From the NCBI GenBank assembly GCA_904420005.1, contig CAJFTT010000016.1, positions 1 through 48,579 of the forward strand: a stretch of DNA of 48,579 nt. The letters run 5' to 3'. Below, piece by piece: positions 8,757 through 18,067 of this stretch (positions are counted from its first letter, which is position 1; each line of letters begins with the position of its first letter). Made by a program: the position numbers and the translations under genes. Source of the DNA: Candidatus Tabaqchalia intestinavium (GTDB taxonomy: Bacteria > Bacillota > Clostridia > Oscillospirales > CAJFTT01). The notes beneath the pieces were generated by a model that did not search any database, was not told the origin of the DNA, and saw only the letters and a program-made list of their open reading frames with translations.

Positions 8757-10109
8757 TTACGTTGATTTTATGGGATGATTATACAATATCCTGCGTCCTT
8801 CGTCAATGCCAAGCGTGATGTCTCTGACCTGTCGGCGCAGCAGGAGAAGCGCGAACACGTTGGGGATCACCATCAGGCCATTGAAAATATCGCACAGCAC
8901 CAACAGGAAATCAAAGCCCACGAACGTCGCGAGGAACGCCACCGCAACGAACACGGTTTTATACACCGGGACGCCCTTTTTCCCGAACAGATAAAGCACG
9001 CACTTCTGCCCGTAAAACGACCAGCTCAGCAGCGTCGCGAACGCGAACAGGAACACGGAAACGGCGATGAATTTCCCGCCGAACGCCGGAAACGCGCGTT
9101 CAAACGCGACGGCCGTGAGACTCGCGCCGGAAATGTCCTGCGTCCAGACGCCCGAGGTCAGGATGGCGAGGGCCGTGAGCGTGCAGACGACGATGGTGTC
9201 GAAAAACACTTCAAAGATCCCCCACAGCCCCTGCCGCACCGGGTCGTCCGCCTCGGAGGACGCGTGCGCGATGGAGGAGCTGCCCATGCCCGCCTCATTG
9301 CTGAACACCCCATGCGACACGCCGCAGCGGATGCAGGCCGTGACGCTCACGCCCACAAAGCCGCCGACCGCCGGCGCAGGCGCGAACGCATAGCGGAAAA
9401 TCTGCCCCAGCGCGCCCGGCAGCGCGCCTGCGTTGATGACGAGGATCACCAGACAGCCGAGGATATAAACGACCGACAGCACCGGCGTGAGCAGCGCAGT
9501 GGTACGGCTGATCACCTTCGCGCCGCCAAAAATGATGCGTGACGCCAGCAGCACCGTGACGATGCCGCACACCAGCACCGGCACGCCGAAATTCTTTTGC
9601 AGGCTCTCCGTCATGGCGCCGATCTGGATGGCGTTGCCGATGCCGAAGGAAGCGAGCACCGTCAGCAGGCAAAAGAGGTTGGCCAGAAACGGACTGCCCA
9701 ACCCCCGGCGGATATAGACCATCGGTCCGCCGAGCGGATTGCCGTCCGCGTCCTTCTCCCGGTAATGCATCGCCAGCACAATTTCGGCATATTTGGTCGC
9801 CATGCCGAAAAAGGCGCTCACCCACATCCAGAAAACCGCTCCCGGCCCGCCGATAGCGATGGCAGCCCCCACGCCGACCACGTTGCCCACGCCCATCGTG
9901 CCGGCCAGCGCCGTCGTCATGGCGGCGAAGGCCGAGATGCCGCCGGTTTTCTCGCGCTTTTCAAACGGCAGGCGCAGCATCGCTCCGCATCGGCGCACCT
10001 GGAAGCAGCGCAGACTGCACGTGAAATACAGCCCGCACGCCAGGATCAGCAGCACCGTCCCCGGCCCCCACACCAGTTTTGCGATCGTCTCGGCAATCTG
10101 CCCCGCCAT
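8757..10109 (-). CDS. agcS: sodium:alanine (amino acid) symporter, AGCS family
   Basis: 451 aa from MAGQIAETIAKLVWGPG. Many TM helices. The 5' extension of the track ORF is Arg/Gly-rich junk and was trimmed. Confidence 0.85.
   Translation of the reverse strand: MAGQIAETIAKLVWGPGTVLLILACGLYFTCSLRCFQVRRCGAMLRLPFEKREKTGGISAFAAMTTALAGTMGVGNVVGVGAAIAIGGPGAVFWMWVSAFFGMATKYAEIVLAMHYREKDADGNPLGGPMVYIRRGLGSPFLANLFCLLTVLASFGIGNAIQIGAMTESLQKNFGVPVLVCGIVTVLLASRIIFGGAKVISRTTALLTPVLSVVYILGCLVILVINAGALPGALGQIFRYAFAPAPAVGGFVGVSVTACIRCGVSHGVFSNEAGMGSSSIAHASSEADDPVRQGLWGIFEVFFDTIVVCTLTALAILTSGVWTQDISGASLTAVAFERAFPAFGGKFIAVSVFLFAFATLLSWSFYGQKCVLYLFGKKGVPVYKTVFVAVAFLATFVGFDFLLVLCDIFNGLMVIPNVFALLLLRRQVRDITLGIDEGRRILYNHPIKST
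8777..8805 (-). promoter_or_regulatory. putative promoter for the lactonase gene, inside the 3' end of agcS
   Basis: Minus strand: TTGACG, 17 bp, TATAAT. Confidence 0.4.
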
Positions 10110-10582
10110 GCGCGCATCCCCGCCTTTCCGCTTTCCTCTGAGAAAAGTATATGCGCGCGAATCTTTCCTATGAAAGCGGAAACAGTCGCAGAGCCTCCGC
10201 TGCACACCGCCTCCAAAATCGCCGGGATGCGGCGATCCCCGCATAACCTCTGCGCCGCGCTCCGCCGACAGCGCCGGCTTCTTCGCGGCCGGGCGGGGCC
10301 TGTTCCGGCGAAGTACAGCCGCGCGAAATCCACCGCGGGCAGGATCCCGTCCGCCCCAGCCGTCTGCGGGCGTGGCGCTCCCCCCGCGGGCGACGGCAAC
10401 GCGGCGGCCGGACACCCCAGAGAGCATCCCACCGCCGCGTTGTTAGCAGCTTATTCAAACGCCTGCAAGATCGTCGCGCTGCACCCTGCTTGCGAAAGCA
10501 TGGCAACTGCCCCTTTTCGCCGACATCCACGTCCGTCCTGCAAGCCGCACGGTCCAAAGGGATCGGCGCCGCGCGGGCCGTC

Positions 10583-11452
10583 CTATCTCGCCGCGGCAAA
10601 TTCCCCCAGCAGCCCCAACGCCGTCTGCCGCACGCCCTCAATCGGCAGGACATGCCCATAGGCCCAGGCAAACCACAACAAATGCGCAGCCAGCGCCATA
10701 CGTCCCCATTCGCCGCCCGCGTCATACCCCGCGAGGCGCAGCGCCAGCGCCCGTTCCAGCGCGAGCGGCGCACGCATCGGGCGCTGCCAATCCAGAATAT
10801 AGCGCACGGTTTCTCCCTGCCGCAGCAGGTTGGAAACGCTGAGATCGCCATGGAGGCTGCCGATGCGCTGCCCGGCGTAAAGCCGAGGGGCTTCTTCCTC
10901 CAGCCAGCGGCGCAGGCCGGCGCGGCCCGACAGCGCCTCCCCCTCCCGCAAAAGGCCCGCACAGGCCTCCTGCAGCAGGGACGCCAGCCGCTCCGGCGTG
11001 GACAGATCGAAAAATATGGGCAGATCCAGCGGCTGTATCCATTCGGCGCACTGATCCGCCAGCCGCGCCAGCGCCGGCGGCGGCAGGCGATCGACCGGCG
11101 GCAACGGGCAATACGGCAGCAAGAGCATATCGCAGCCGCCGCAAGTCTCGGCCAGCACCGGGCGCAGCAAAAACGGCGCGCGTACCCGCTCGTACACCGC
11201 CTTCTCCACGCTTGCCGCCGCCCGTTGGGATTTATATACCAGCGTGCGTCCATCCTCCAGCGTCAGCTTCTCCACCCAGGACAGCGGCCAGTGATGCAGC
11301 TTCTCCCTCTTGTGCAGCCTGCCCCCGAGCCGCGCCTCCAGCTCCTCGTCCTCCCAGATCCAAAGCTCCCAGAATTCCTGACGCACCGCGTGTTCCTCCC
11401 GTCTTTTTGATCCACGGAAAAAGGCGCAAGAGCCGCATGGATCGGCGTCCAT
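10583..11452 (-). CDS. phosphotransferase (APH / kinase-like fold) family protein
   Basis: 289 aa. HGDLSVSNLL and ILDWQ motifs are reminiscent of the APH catalytic loop and DxD region. Starts 27 bp after the purL stop. Confidence 0.6.
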   Translation of the reverse strand: MDADPCGSCAFFRGSKRREEHAVRQEFWELWIWEDEELEARLGGRLHKREKLHHWPLSWVEKLTLEDGRTLVYKSQRAAASVEKAVYERVRAPFLLRPVLAETCGGCDMLLLPYCPLPPVDRLPPPALARLADQCAEWIQPLDLPIFFDLSTPERLASLLQEACAGLLREGEALSGRAGLRRWLEEEAPRLYAGQRIGSLHGDLSVSNLLRQGETVRYILDWQRPMRAPLALERALALRLAGYDAGGEWGRMALAAHLLWFAWAYGHVLPIEGVRQTALGLLGEFAAAR

Positions 11453-11479
11453 ACGGCTCTCTGCTTTTTGGTTGATGCT

Positions 11480-14400
11480 TTACGCGAAATACCGCACGCC
11501 GGACTCGAACAGTTTCTGGTCGAAATCGCCCGGCACATTGCGGTACACCCCGTCGGAAATGCGCTCGGAGTGCGCCATTTTGCCCAGCACGCGGCCGTCC
11601 GGCGAGGTGATGCCCTCGATAGCCAGCACCGAGGCGTTGGGATTGAACCGGATGTCCATCGTCGGCTGTCCCGCCAGGTCGACATATTGCGTCGCGATCT
11701 GGCCGTTCTGCTGCAGCTGCGCCAGCACGTCGGGCTGCGCGACGAAGCGGCCTTCCCCGTGCGAAATGGCGACGGTATGCAGATCGCCCGGCTGCAGCGC
11801 AGCGAACCACGGCGACAGGTTCGACGCCACGCGCGTGCGCACCAGCATGGACTGGTGGCGGCCGATGGCGTTATAGGTCAGGGTCGGGCACTGCGCATCC
11901 ATGTCCACGATCTCCCCGAACGGCACAAGCCCCAGCTTGATAAGCGCCTGGAACCCGTTGCAGATGCCCAGCATCAGGCCGTCGCGGCAGCGCAGCAGGT
12001 CATGCACAGCGTCCTTGATGCGTGCATTGCGGAAAAAGGCGGCGATGAATTTGCCCGAGCCGTCCGGCTCGTCGCCGCCGGAGAAGCCGCCCGGCAGCAT
12101 GACGATCTGCGACGCGCGGATGCGCTTTTCCATCTCCAGCACCGATTCCTCGACCATCTGCGCGGTGAGGTTGCGCACCACGAAGATCTCCGGCATCGCG
12201 CCCGCGCGCTCGAACCGGCGGGCTGTGTCGTATTCACAGTTGGTGCCGGGGAACACGGGGATGAGCACGCGCGGGGAAGCCGACTTCACGGCCGGGGCGC
12301 GGCGGTTGTCCGCCGTGAAGGTCACCGTCGCGACGGGCTTTGCTTCCACTTCCTTCGCCACCGTCGGGAACACGCCCTCCAGCGGCCGGATCCAGGCGGC
12401 TTCCAGCTCGTCGATGGGGAGCTTCTCCCCCTGCGTCTCGATGCAGGGCGCGTCGGTCGTCACGCCGATGGTCAGCCCCGCGTCGCAGTCCTCCGTCACT
12501 TCCAGCAACAGCGTGCCGGCCAGGCCCGTAAAGCGCAGATCCTCCGGCACGTTCTCCAGCCGCGCGCCGATGCGGTTGCCGAAGCTCATCTTGGCCACTG
12601 CCTCACAGACGCCGCCATAGCCCAGCGCCCAGGCGCTGACCGCTTTTTTCTCGCGCAAGAGCTTCTCCGCCTCGGCAAAGACGGCTTTGACGCTCTCGAA
12701 TACCGGCAGGCCGTTTTCATCATAATCCGGACGCAGCAGCGCCAGCCGATGACCGGCCGCCTTGAACTCCGGCGACACGATCCGGTCGGTGCTTGTGATG
12801 CCTGCCGCGAAGGAGACAAGCGTCGGCGGCACGTCGATGTCCTCAAAGGTGCCGCTCATGGAGTCCTTGCCGCCAATCGCGGCGAGGCCCAGAGAAAGCT
12901 GCGCCTCCAGCGCGCCCAGCAGCGCGGCGAACGGCTTGCCCCAGCGGGAAGCGATGCCCTTGGTGCGCTCGAAATACTCCTGGAAGGTCAGCCAGCATTG
13001 CTGCAGATTGCCGCCCGCCGCGACCAGCCGCGCGACCGACTCCACCACGGCACACATCGCGCCGTGATAGGGCGAGGACGCGGACAGATACGGGTTATAG
13101 CCCCAGGCCATGACCGAGGCCGTGGTGGTCTCGCCATGCAGCACCGGCAGCTTGGCGGCCATCGCCTGCGCCGGCGTCATCTGGCGCACGCCGCCGTAGG
13201 GCATGAGCAGCGTGCCTGCGCCGATGGTGGAGTCGAACCGCTCGACCAGGCCCTTCTGGCTGCACACATTGAGGTCGGAGAGCCGGACGAGCCATTTCTC
13301 CTTTTCGCTCGCGCCTTCGACCGGCAGAGCCGATTGCAGAGAGGAAGGCTGATCGACGAAAACGGTCGCCGTTTTGGTCGCGCCGTTGCTGTTGAGGAAT
13401 TCCCGGCTGAGGCTGACGATCTCCTTGCCCTTCCAGTACATCACCAGACGCGGGTCGGCGCAGACCGTAGCGACGCAGGTCGCCTCCAGATTCTCGCGCG
13501 AGGCCGCCTCGATGAATTTCTCCCGGTCGGCATTGTCGATGACGACCGCCATGCGCTCCTGCGACTCGGAAATGGCCAGCTCCGTCCCGTCCAGGCCCTC
13601 ATATTTCTTGGGAACCTTGTCCAGATCGATGACCAGGCCGTCGGCCAGCTCGCCGATGGCGACCGAGACGCCGCCCGCGCCGAAATCGTTGCAGCGCTTG
13701 ATCATGCGCGTGACCTCCGGGTCACGGAACAGGCGCTGCAGCTTGCGTTCTTCCGGGGGATTGCCCTTCTGCACCTCAGCGCCGCAGCTCTCCAGCGACT
13801 GCGCTGTGTGCGACTTGGAGGAGCCGGTCGCGCCGCCGCAGCCGTCGCGGCCGGTGCGCCCGCCGAGCAGCACGATCAGATCGCCCGGGGCGGGCGCGCT
13901 GCGGCGGACGTTGGCCATCGGGGCCGCGCCGACCACCGCGCCGATTTCCAGGCGTTTGGCGACATAGCCGGGATGATACACCTCCGCCACGTGCCCAGTG
14001 GCAAGCCCGATCTGGTTGCCGTAGGAAGAATATCCCTGCGCCGCGCCGACCGTGATCTTGCGCTGCGGGAGCTTGTTTTTCATCGTTTCGCGCATCGGAA
14101 CGGTCGGATCGGCCGCGCCGGTGACGCGCATCGCCTGGTAGACATAGCTGCGGCCGGACAGCGGATCGCGGATCGCGCCGCCCAGGCAAGTCGCCGCGCC
14201 GCCGAACGGCTCGATCTCCGTGGGGTGGTTGTGCGTCTCGTTTTTGAACATGAACAGCCACGGTTCCTTCGCGCCGTTGACGTCGGCCTCGACCTCGACA
14301 GAGCAGGCGTTGATCTCGTCGGAGACGTCGAGCGCGGGCAGCAGCCCGCGGCGGCGCAGCGTCTTGCCGCCGATGGTGGCCATATCCATCAGCGTGACCG

Positions 14401-15202
14401 GCCGCGTCTCGGCGCCTTCGCCGTAAACTTCCTTGCGCGCGTCCTTGTATTTCTCATAGCTTTTGGCCACATAGTCGGCTGCGATCTGCGCAGACTCGAT
14501 GTGCGTCAAAAACGTGGTGTGCCGGCAATGATCCGACCAATAGGTATCGATCATGCGGATCTCCGTGATGGTGGGGTCGCGCTTCTCCTCCTCGCGGAAA
14601 TATTGCTGGCAGAAGCGGATATCGTCCAGATCCATCGCGAGCCCATACCGGCGCACAAACGCCGCCAGCTCCTCACTGTCGTAATCGATGAAGCCGTAAA
14701 GCGTCTCGACCTCTTCCGGCAGCGTATATTTCTCTGCGAGCGTCTTGGGCATGTCCATGGACGCCAGGCGGCTCTCGACGGGGTTGACCAGATAATGCTG
14801 GATCTTTTCGATCTCCTCCGGCGTCACGTCGCCCAGCACGAGGTAAACCTTGGCCGAGCGCACGCGCGGACGCTCCCCCTGCGTGAGCAGCTGCACGCAC
14901 TGCGCGCAGGAATCAGCGCGCTGATCGAACTGGCCGGGCAAATATTCCACGGCGAACACGCCGGCGGCGCCTTCCACCTCGGGCAGCGCCTGCGCCACGT
15001 CGTCCACCTGCGGCTCGGAAAACACGATGGGCAGCGCGCGGCGGAACGCCTCCTCGTCCAGCCCTTCCACATCATATCGGTTAAAAATCCGCACGCCGGT
15101 AAGCCCCGGCAGGTCGAGACTGGTCCGCAGATCCTCCGCCAGCCGCGTCTCCTCGACATTGAAGCCTTCCCGTTTGGACACGAACACTCGTTTGACAGCC
15201 AT
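11480..15202 (-). CDS. purL: phosphoribosylformylglycinamidine (FGAM) synthase, large single-chain type
   Basis: 1241 aa from MAVKRVFVSKREGF, with GGAGAG RBS. PurM-like domains plus a C-terminal glutaminase domain (GICNGFQAL). Confidence 0.9.
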   Translation of the reverse strand: MAVKRVFVSKREGFNVEETRLAEDLRTSLDLPGLTGVRIFNRYDVEGLDEEAFRRALPIVFSEPQVDDVAQALPEVEGAAGVFAVEYLPGQFDQRADSCAQCVQLLTQGERPRVRSAKVYLVLGDVTPEEIEKIQHYLVNPVESRLASMDMPKTLAEKYTLPEEVETLYGFIDYDSEELAAFVRRYGLAMDLDDIRFCQQYFREEEKRDPTITEIRMIDTYWSDHCRHTTFLTHIESAQIAADYVAKSYEKYKDARKEVYGEGAETRPVTLMDMATIGGKTLRRRGLLPALDVSDEINACSVEVEADVNGAKEPWLFMFKNETHNHPTEIEPFGGAATCLGGAIRDPLSGRSYVYQAMRVTGAADPTVPMRETMKNKLPQRKITVGAAQGYSSYGNQIGLATGHVAEVYHPGYVAKRLEIGAVVGAAPMANVRRSAPAPGDLIVLLGGRTGRDGCGGATGSSKSHTAQSLESCGAEVQKGNPPEERKLQRLFRDPEVTRMIKRCNDFGAGGVSVAIGELADGLVIDLDKVPKKYEGLDGTELAISESQERMAVVIDNADREKFIEAASRENLEATCVATVCADPRLVMYWKGKEIVSLSREFLNSNGATKTATVFVDQPSSLQSALPVEGASEKEKWLVRLSDLNVCSQKGLVERFDSTIGAGTLLMPYGGVRQMTPAQAMAAKLPVLHGETTTASVMAWGYNPYLSASSPYHGAMCAVVESVARLVAAGGNLQQCWLTFQEYFERTKGIASRWGKPFAALLGALEAQLSLGLAAIGGKDSMSGTFEDIDVPPTLVSFAAGITSTDRIVSPEFKAAGHRLALLRPDYDENGLPVFESVKAVFAEAEKLLREKKAVSAWALGYGGVCEAVAKMSFGNRIGARLENVPEDLRFTGLAGTLLLEVTEDCDAGLTIGVTTDAPCIETQGEKLPIDELEAAWIRPLEGVFPTVAKEVEAKPVATVTFTADNRRAPAVKSASPRVLIPVFPGTNCEYDTARRFERAGAMPEIFVVRNLTAQMVEESVLEMEKRIRASQIVMLPGGFSGGDEPDGSGKFIAAFFRNARIKDAVHDLLRCRDGLMLGICNGFQALIKLGLVPFGEIVDMDAQCPTLTYNAIGRHQSMLVRTRVASNLSPWFAALQPGDLHTVAISHGEGRFVAQPDVLAQLQQNGQIATQYVDLAGQPTMDIRFNPNASVLAIEGITSPDGRVLGKMAHSERISDGVYRNVPGDFDQKLFESGVRYFA

Positions 15203-15291
15203 AGTTTCGCTCTCCATTCTTCCGCTTTTCTTCTGATTCCCCGCCGGCCTGGGCGTTGGCGCCGCGGTCGGCCTTGTCTGCTTTTCCCCTT

Positions 15292-16581
15292 TTATGCTTC
15301 GCACCGTTCGGCGATGCATTCGCTGTCGGTATACCTTGTAATTATAACAAACTCCTCTTTGTTTTGCAAATTTTCTTCCGTCTCCACCCGTACGGTCAGG
15401 TTATTGTCCGTCAATCCCCGGGCGGCGCGCCCCGGCTGCTCGAGAAACAGCGCCTTCACCCGGCTGCCGACAAAGGACGCGAGCCACCGCCGCCGGCTTT
15501 CCGCCACCGCGGCCTCCATTTCCTCCGCGCGCCGCTTTTTGACCTGCGGGGGAACCTGATCGGGCATGCGGTCCGCCAGCGTTCCCGCCCGACGGGAATA
15601 GGCGAAAATATGCGCGTCGGCAAAGTCCATTTCCCGCACAAAGGCCAGCGCCTCGGCATGCATCTGCTCCGTCTCGCCGGGGAACCCGACAAGGATATCC
15701 GTCGTGACGGCGCAGCCTGGGAACGCCGCCCGCAGCGCCTGCACAACATGCCGGTATTCCGCCGGGCCATAGACCCGGCGCATGCGGCGCAGCGTCTCGG
15801 CGCAGCCGCTCTGCAGCGACAGATGAAAGTGCCGGCACACGCCGGGTATGCGCCGCAGCCGCGCGATCATCGCATCCGTCAGCAGATCGGGTTCCAGCGA
15901 GCCGAACCGCACGCGCAGCGCGCCGTCCAGAGAGGCGGCCGCGGCCGCGTCGGCCAGATCCGTCCCCTCTCCCGTCCCGTAGGCAGAGAGATTGATCCCG
16001 ACCAGCACGATCTCCCGGTAGCCGTTGGCGGCGAGGCGGGCGGCTTCCGCGCGGATCTCCGCGAGCGGGCGGGAGCGCACGTTGCCGCGCGCGTAGGGCA
16101 CGATGCAATAGGCGCAGAAGCGATCGCAGCCGTCCTCGATCTTGACGAAAGCGCGCGTGCGCTCGGCCAGCCGGTCGATCCGCAACGGTTCATACGCCTC
16201 CCGCCGGTTGTCCCGCCGGATGGCCTCGACGCGCCGCCCCGTCTCCCGCGCGCGCCGCACCAGGGCCGGCACCGCCAGCCGATCCGTCGTGCCGCACACG
16301 ACGTCCGGCTCGTCCAGCGCGAGCGCCCGCTCGGGGAAGGACTGCGCCGCGCAGCCGCACAGCACGATGACCGCAGCCGGATTCTGCCTGCGCGCGCGGT
16401 GCAGCACCTGCCGCGATTTGCGCTCCCCTTCCGCCGTGACGGCGCAGGAATTGACGACATAGACGTCCGCCGTCTCGCTGAACGGCACGATCTCGTAGCC
16501 GTCCTGCGCGAACTGCGTCTGCATCGCCTGCGTTTCATATTGATTGACCTTGCAGCCCAGGGTGTAAAACGCCGCTTTCAT
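15292..16581 (-). CDS. mtaB: tRNA t6A37 methylthiotransferase MtaB (radical SAM, MiaB/RimO family)
   Basis: 429 aa from MKAAFYTLGCKVNQYE. CAYCIVP radical-SAM cysteine motif and a TRAM-like C-terminus. Confidence 0.85.
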   Translation of the reverse strand: MKAAFYTLGCKVNQYETQAMQTQFAQDGYEIVPFSETADVYVVNSCAVTAEGERKSRQVLHRARRQNPAAVIVLCGCAAQSFPERALALDEPDVVCGTTDRLAVPALVRRARETGRRVEAIRRDNRREAYEPLRIDRLAERTRAFVKIEDGCDRFCAYCIVPYARGNVRSRPLAEIRAEAARLAANGYREIVLVGINLSAYGTGEGTDLADAAAAASLDGALRVRFGSLEPDLLTDAMIARLRRIPGVCRHFHLSLQSGCAETLRRMRRVYGPAEYRHVVQALRAAFPGCAVTTDILVGFPGETEQMHAEALAFVREMDFADAHIFAYSRRAGTLADRMPDQVPPQVKKRRAEEMEAAVAESRRRWLASFVGSRVKALFLEQPGRAARGLTDNNLTVRVETEENLQNKEEFVIITRYTDSECIAERCEA

Positions 16582-16711
16582 CCTGTCCCCCCGCTTTGCC
16601 CAATATCGTCCTGCAAGCAGCAAGCATCGCCCCTTCCGCAGGATTTCCTTCCCGCCCGGGCCGTACCGCCGGCCGGCGCGCCGCCCGCCGCTTGCTTTAA
16701 GGTTTCGCTTC

Positions 16712-16740
16712 ATTATAAAAGATTCTGCCGCAAAATACAA
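16712..16740 (-). promoter_or_regulatory. putative promoter of the mtaB-purL-APH operon
   Basis: Minus strand: TTGTAT, 17 bp, TATAAT. GC-rich leader of about 125 nt. Confidence 0.4.
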
Positions 16741-16787
16741 GCGTCCTGCCTGCGCCACAGTGTTTTCAAACCGTTCGCAATTGAGGG

Positions 16788-16816
16788 TTGGCTTTTGAAA
16801 TTGTTCATAGTATAAT
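16788..16816 (+). promoter_or_regulatory. putative promoter of the HPr-like/phosphoesterase pair (divergent from mtaB)
   Basis: TTGGCT (16788-16793), 17 bp, TATAAT (16811-16816). AGGAGG RBS follows. Confidence 0.45.
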
Positions 16817-16847
16817 ACGGGTTATCAAAGGACAGGAGGTAGGCATC

Positions 16848-17078
16848 ATGACGACACAGGTGTTCTTCAACGGCTCCATCAACGCGGTGCAGCAGTTTGT
16901 TTCCGCCGCGCAGAAGTGCCCGGTGCATATGGAATTCATCTCCGAAGAATTCTGCGCCAACGCCAAGAGCCTTTTGGATATTCTTTGCCTGGATCTTTCC
17001 AAGAATTTGACGCTGCGGGTGGATACGGACAAGGACGCGGACGTCCCCGCCGAGCTGCGTCCCTTCTTCGTGCAATGA
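16848..17078 (+). CDS. HPr-family (Crh-like) phosphocarrier-fold protein lacking the His15 equivalent
   Basis: 77 aa. Aligns to HPr/Crh (GSINAVQQF at the His15 site; ANAKSLLDILCLDLSKNLTLRVDTDKDAD matches the Ser46 region and C-terminal helix). AGGAGG RBS 8 nt upstream. Confidence 0.55.
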   Translation: MTTQVFFNGSINAVQQFVSAAQKCPVHMEFISEEFCANAKSLLDILCLDLSKNLTLRVDTDKDADVPAELRPFFVQ

Positions 17079-17995
17079 CGGGACAGCAGCGCGCCCCCAT
17101 CGCGCTTGAGGCGCCGCCGGCTGAGACGCCTCAAGCGGCGCGGCCGCGGGGGCGCCGGCGCTGGATTCTGCTGGGTGTGCTGGCGGCGCTGCTGGCGCTG
17201 TTTGTGCTCTACTGCGTGCATGAAAATCTCACGCTGGAGCTGTCGCGCTACACTCTTTCCTCCCCCAAGCTGACGCAGGAAGTTAAAATCGTGCATCTGT
17301 CTGACCTGCATAAGTCTGAATTCGGCGAAGGCAACGCACGGCTGCTGGAAATGGTGCGCGGGGAGTCGCCGGACCTGATTGTTTTCACCGGAGATCTGGT
17401 CGACCGGCGCGCCACGGACGCCTCCGTTGCCGAGTCGCTCATGCGGGACCTGACCGCCATCGCGCCGGTCTGCTACGTGCAGGGCAACCACGAGGCGCAC
17501 AGCGCGCTTTATCCCGCGCTGCGGCAGGCGATGCTCGACGCGGGCGTTCACGTGCTGGAAAACGAATGTGTGGAGCTAACGCTCAATGGGCAGGCTTTCA
17601 CCATCGGCGGCACGGAGGAAATGAATTCCTATATCGAAACCATCCAGGAAAATCTCGCCGCGCTCTCAGACGCCCCGGCGGAGAATTACCATTTGCTTCT
17701 GGCGCACTTTCCCGATCGCCTGACGGGCAACAGCCAGTCGAAGTACCGTTACTGCGACTACGACATCGATCTGGTGCTCTCGGGACACATGCATGGGGGC
17801 CAGATCCGCATCCCTTTCACCAACCAGGGCCTATTCTCCCCCAGCACCGGCTTTTTCCCCCAATATACAGGCGGGCTCTACGAAGCCAACGGCGTACAGA
17901 TGGTGCTGTCCCGCGGATTGGGCAACAGCATTTTTCCCATCCGCATCAACGACCGCCCCGAGGTCGTCTCCATCACGCTGACCCCCGAAAGCTAA
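17075..17995 (+). CDS. calcineurin-like metallophosphoesterase (YkuE/YaeI-like), N-terminal TM anchor
   Basis: 306 aa. ATG overlaps the upstream stop (ATGA). Motifs HLSDLH, GDLVDR, GNHE and SGHMHGG. Confidence 0.8.
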   Translation: MTGQQRAPIALEAPPAETPQAARPRGRRRWILLGVLAALLALFVLYCVHENLTLELSRYTLSSPKLTQEVKIVHLSDLHKSEFGEGNARLLEMVRGESPDLIVFTGDLVDRRATDASVAESLMRDLTAIAPVCYVQGNHEAHSALYPALRQAMLDAGVHVLENECVELTLNGQAFTIGGTEEMNSYIETIQENLAALSDAPAENYHLLLAHFPDRLTGNSQSKYRYCDYDIDLVLSGHMHGGQIRIPFTNQGLFSPSTGFFPQYTGGLYEANGVQMVLSRGLGNSIFPIRINDRPEVVSITLTPES

Positions 17996-18017
17996 ATGCG
18001 CACGACGCGATGCGTTT

Positions 18018-18067
18018 CATACAAGGGGAGGCGGACAGCTGAACAGCTGTCCGCCTCCCCTTGTATG
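18018..18067. repeat. 50-bp perfect palindrome (24-nt arms, 2-nt centre)
   Basis: catacaaggggaggcggacagctg-AA-cagctgtccgcctccccttgtatg. The reverse complement is identical except for the central AA/TT. No U-tract on either side. Confidence 0.7.

Noticed and set aside
10110-10450. Glycine riboswitch upstream of agcS
   Set aside because: Expected from gene context. The conserved ACCGAAGGGGCAA and CUCAGGCAAAAGGAC blocks are absent on the agcS-sense strand, and only a loose CTCTCTGG resemblance was seen. Needs cmsearch to settle.
9597-11410. Several 300-360-aa ORFs spanning the agcS-APH intergenic region (9597-10661 plus, 10168-11253 minus, 10490-11410 plus)
   Set aside because: All are extremely Arg/Gln/Pro-rich with no domain-like segments. 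They overlap real genes out of frame. They reflect low stop-codon frequency in roughly 70% GC sequence.
11468-15559. 1363-aa plus-strand ORF, among the largest in the track
   Set aside because: It is antisense to purL. Its composition is Arg/Ala/Gly/His-rich, typical of the off-frame of a GC-rich gene. The minus-strand ORF has clear FGAM synthase motifs.
15256-16815. 519-aa plus-strand ORF
   Set aside because: Antisense to mtaB, with low-complexity Arg/Pro/Gly-rich translation. mtaB carries the radical-SAM motifs.
16713-17551. Minus-strand ORFs 16713-17075 and 16805-17551 overlapping the HPr-like and phosphoesterase genes
   Set aside because: They are antisense to genes with strong promoter, RBS and family evidence. 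Their translations lack domain features.
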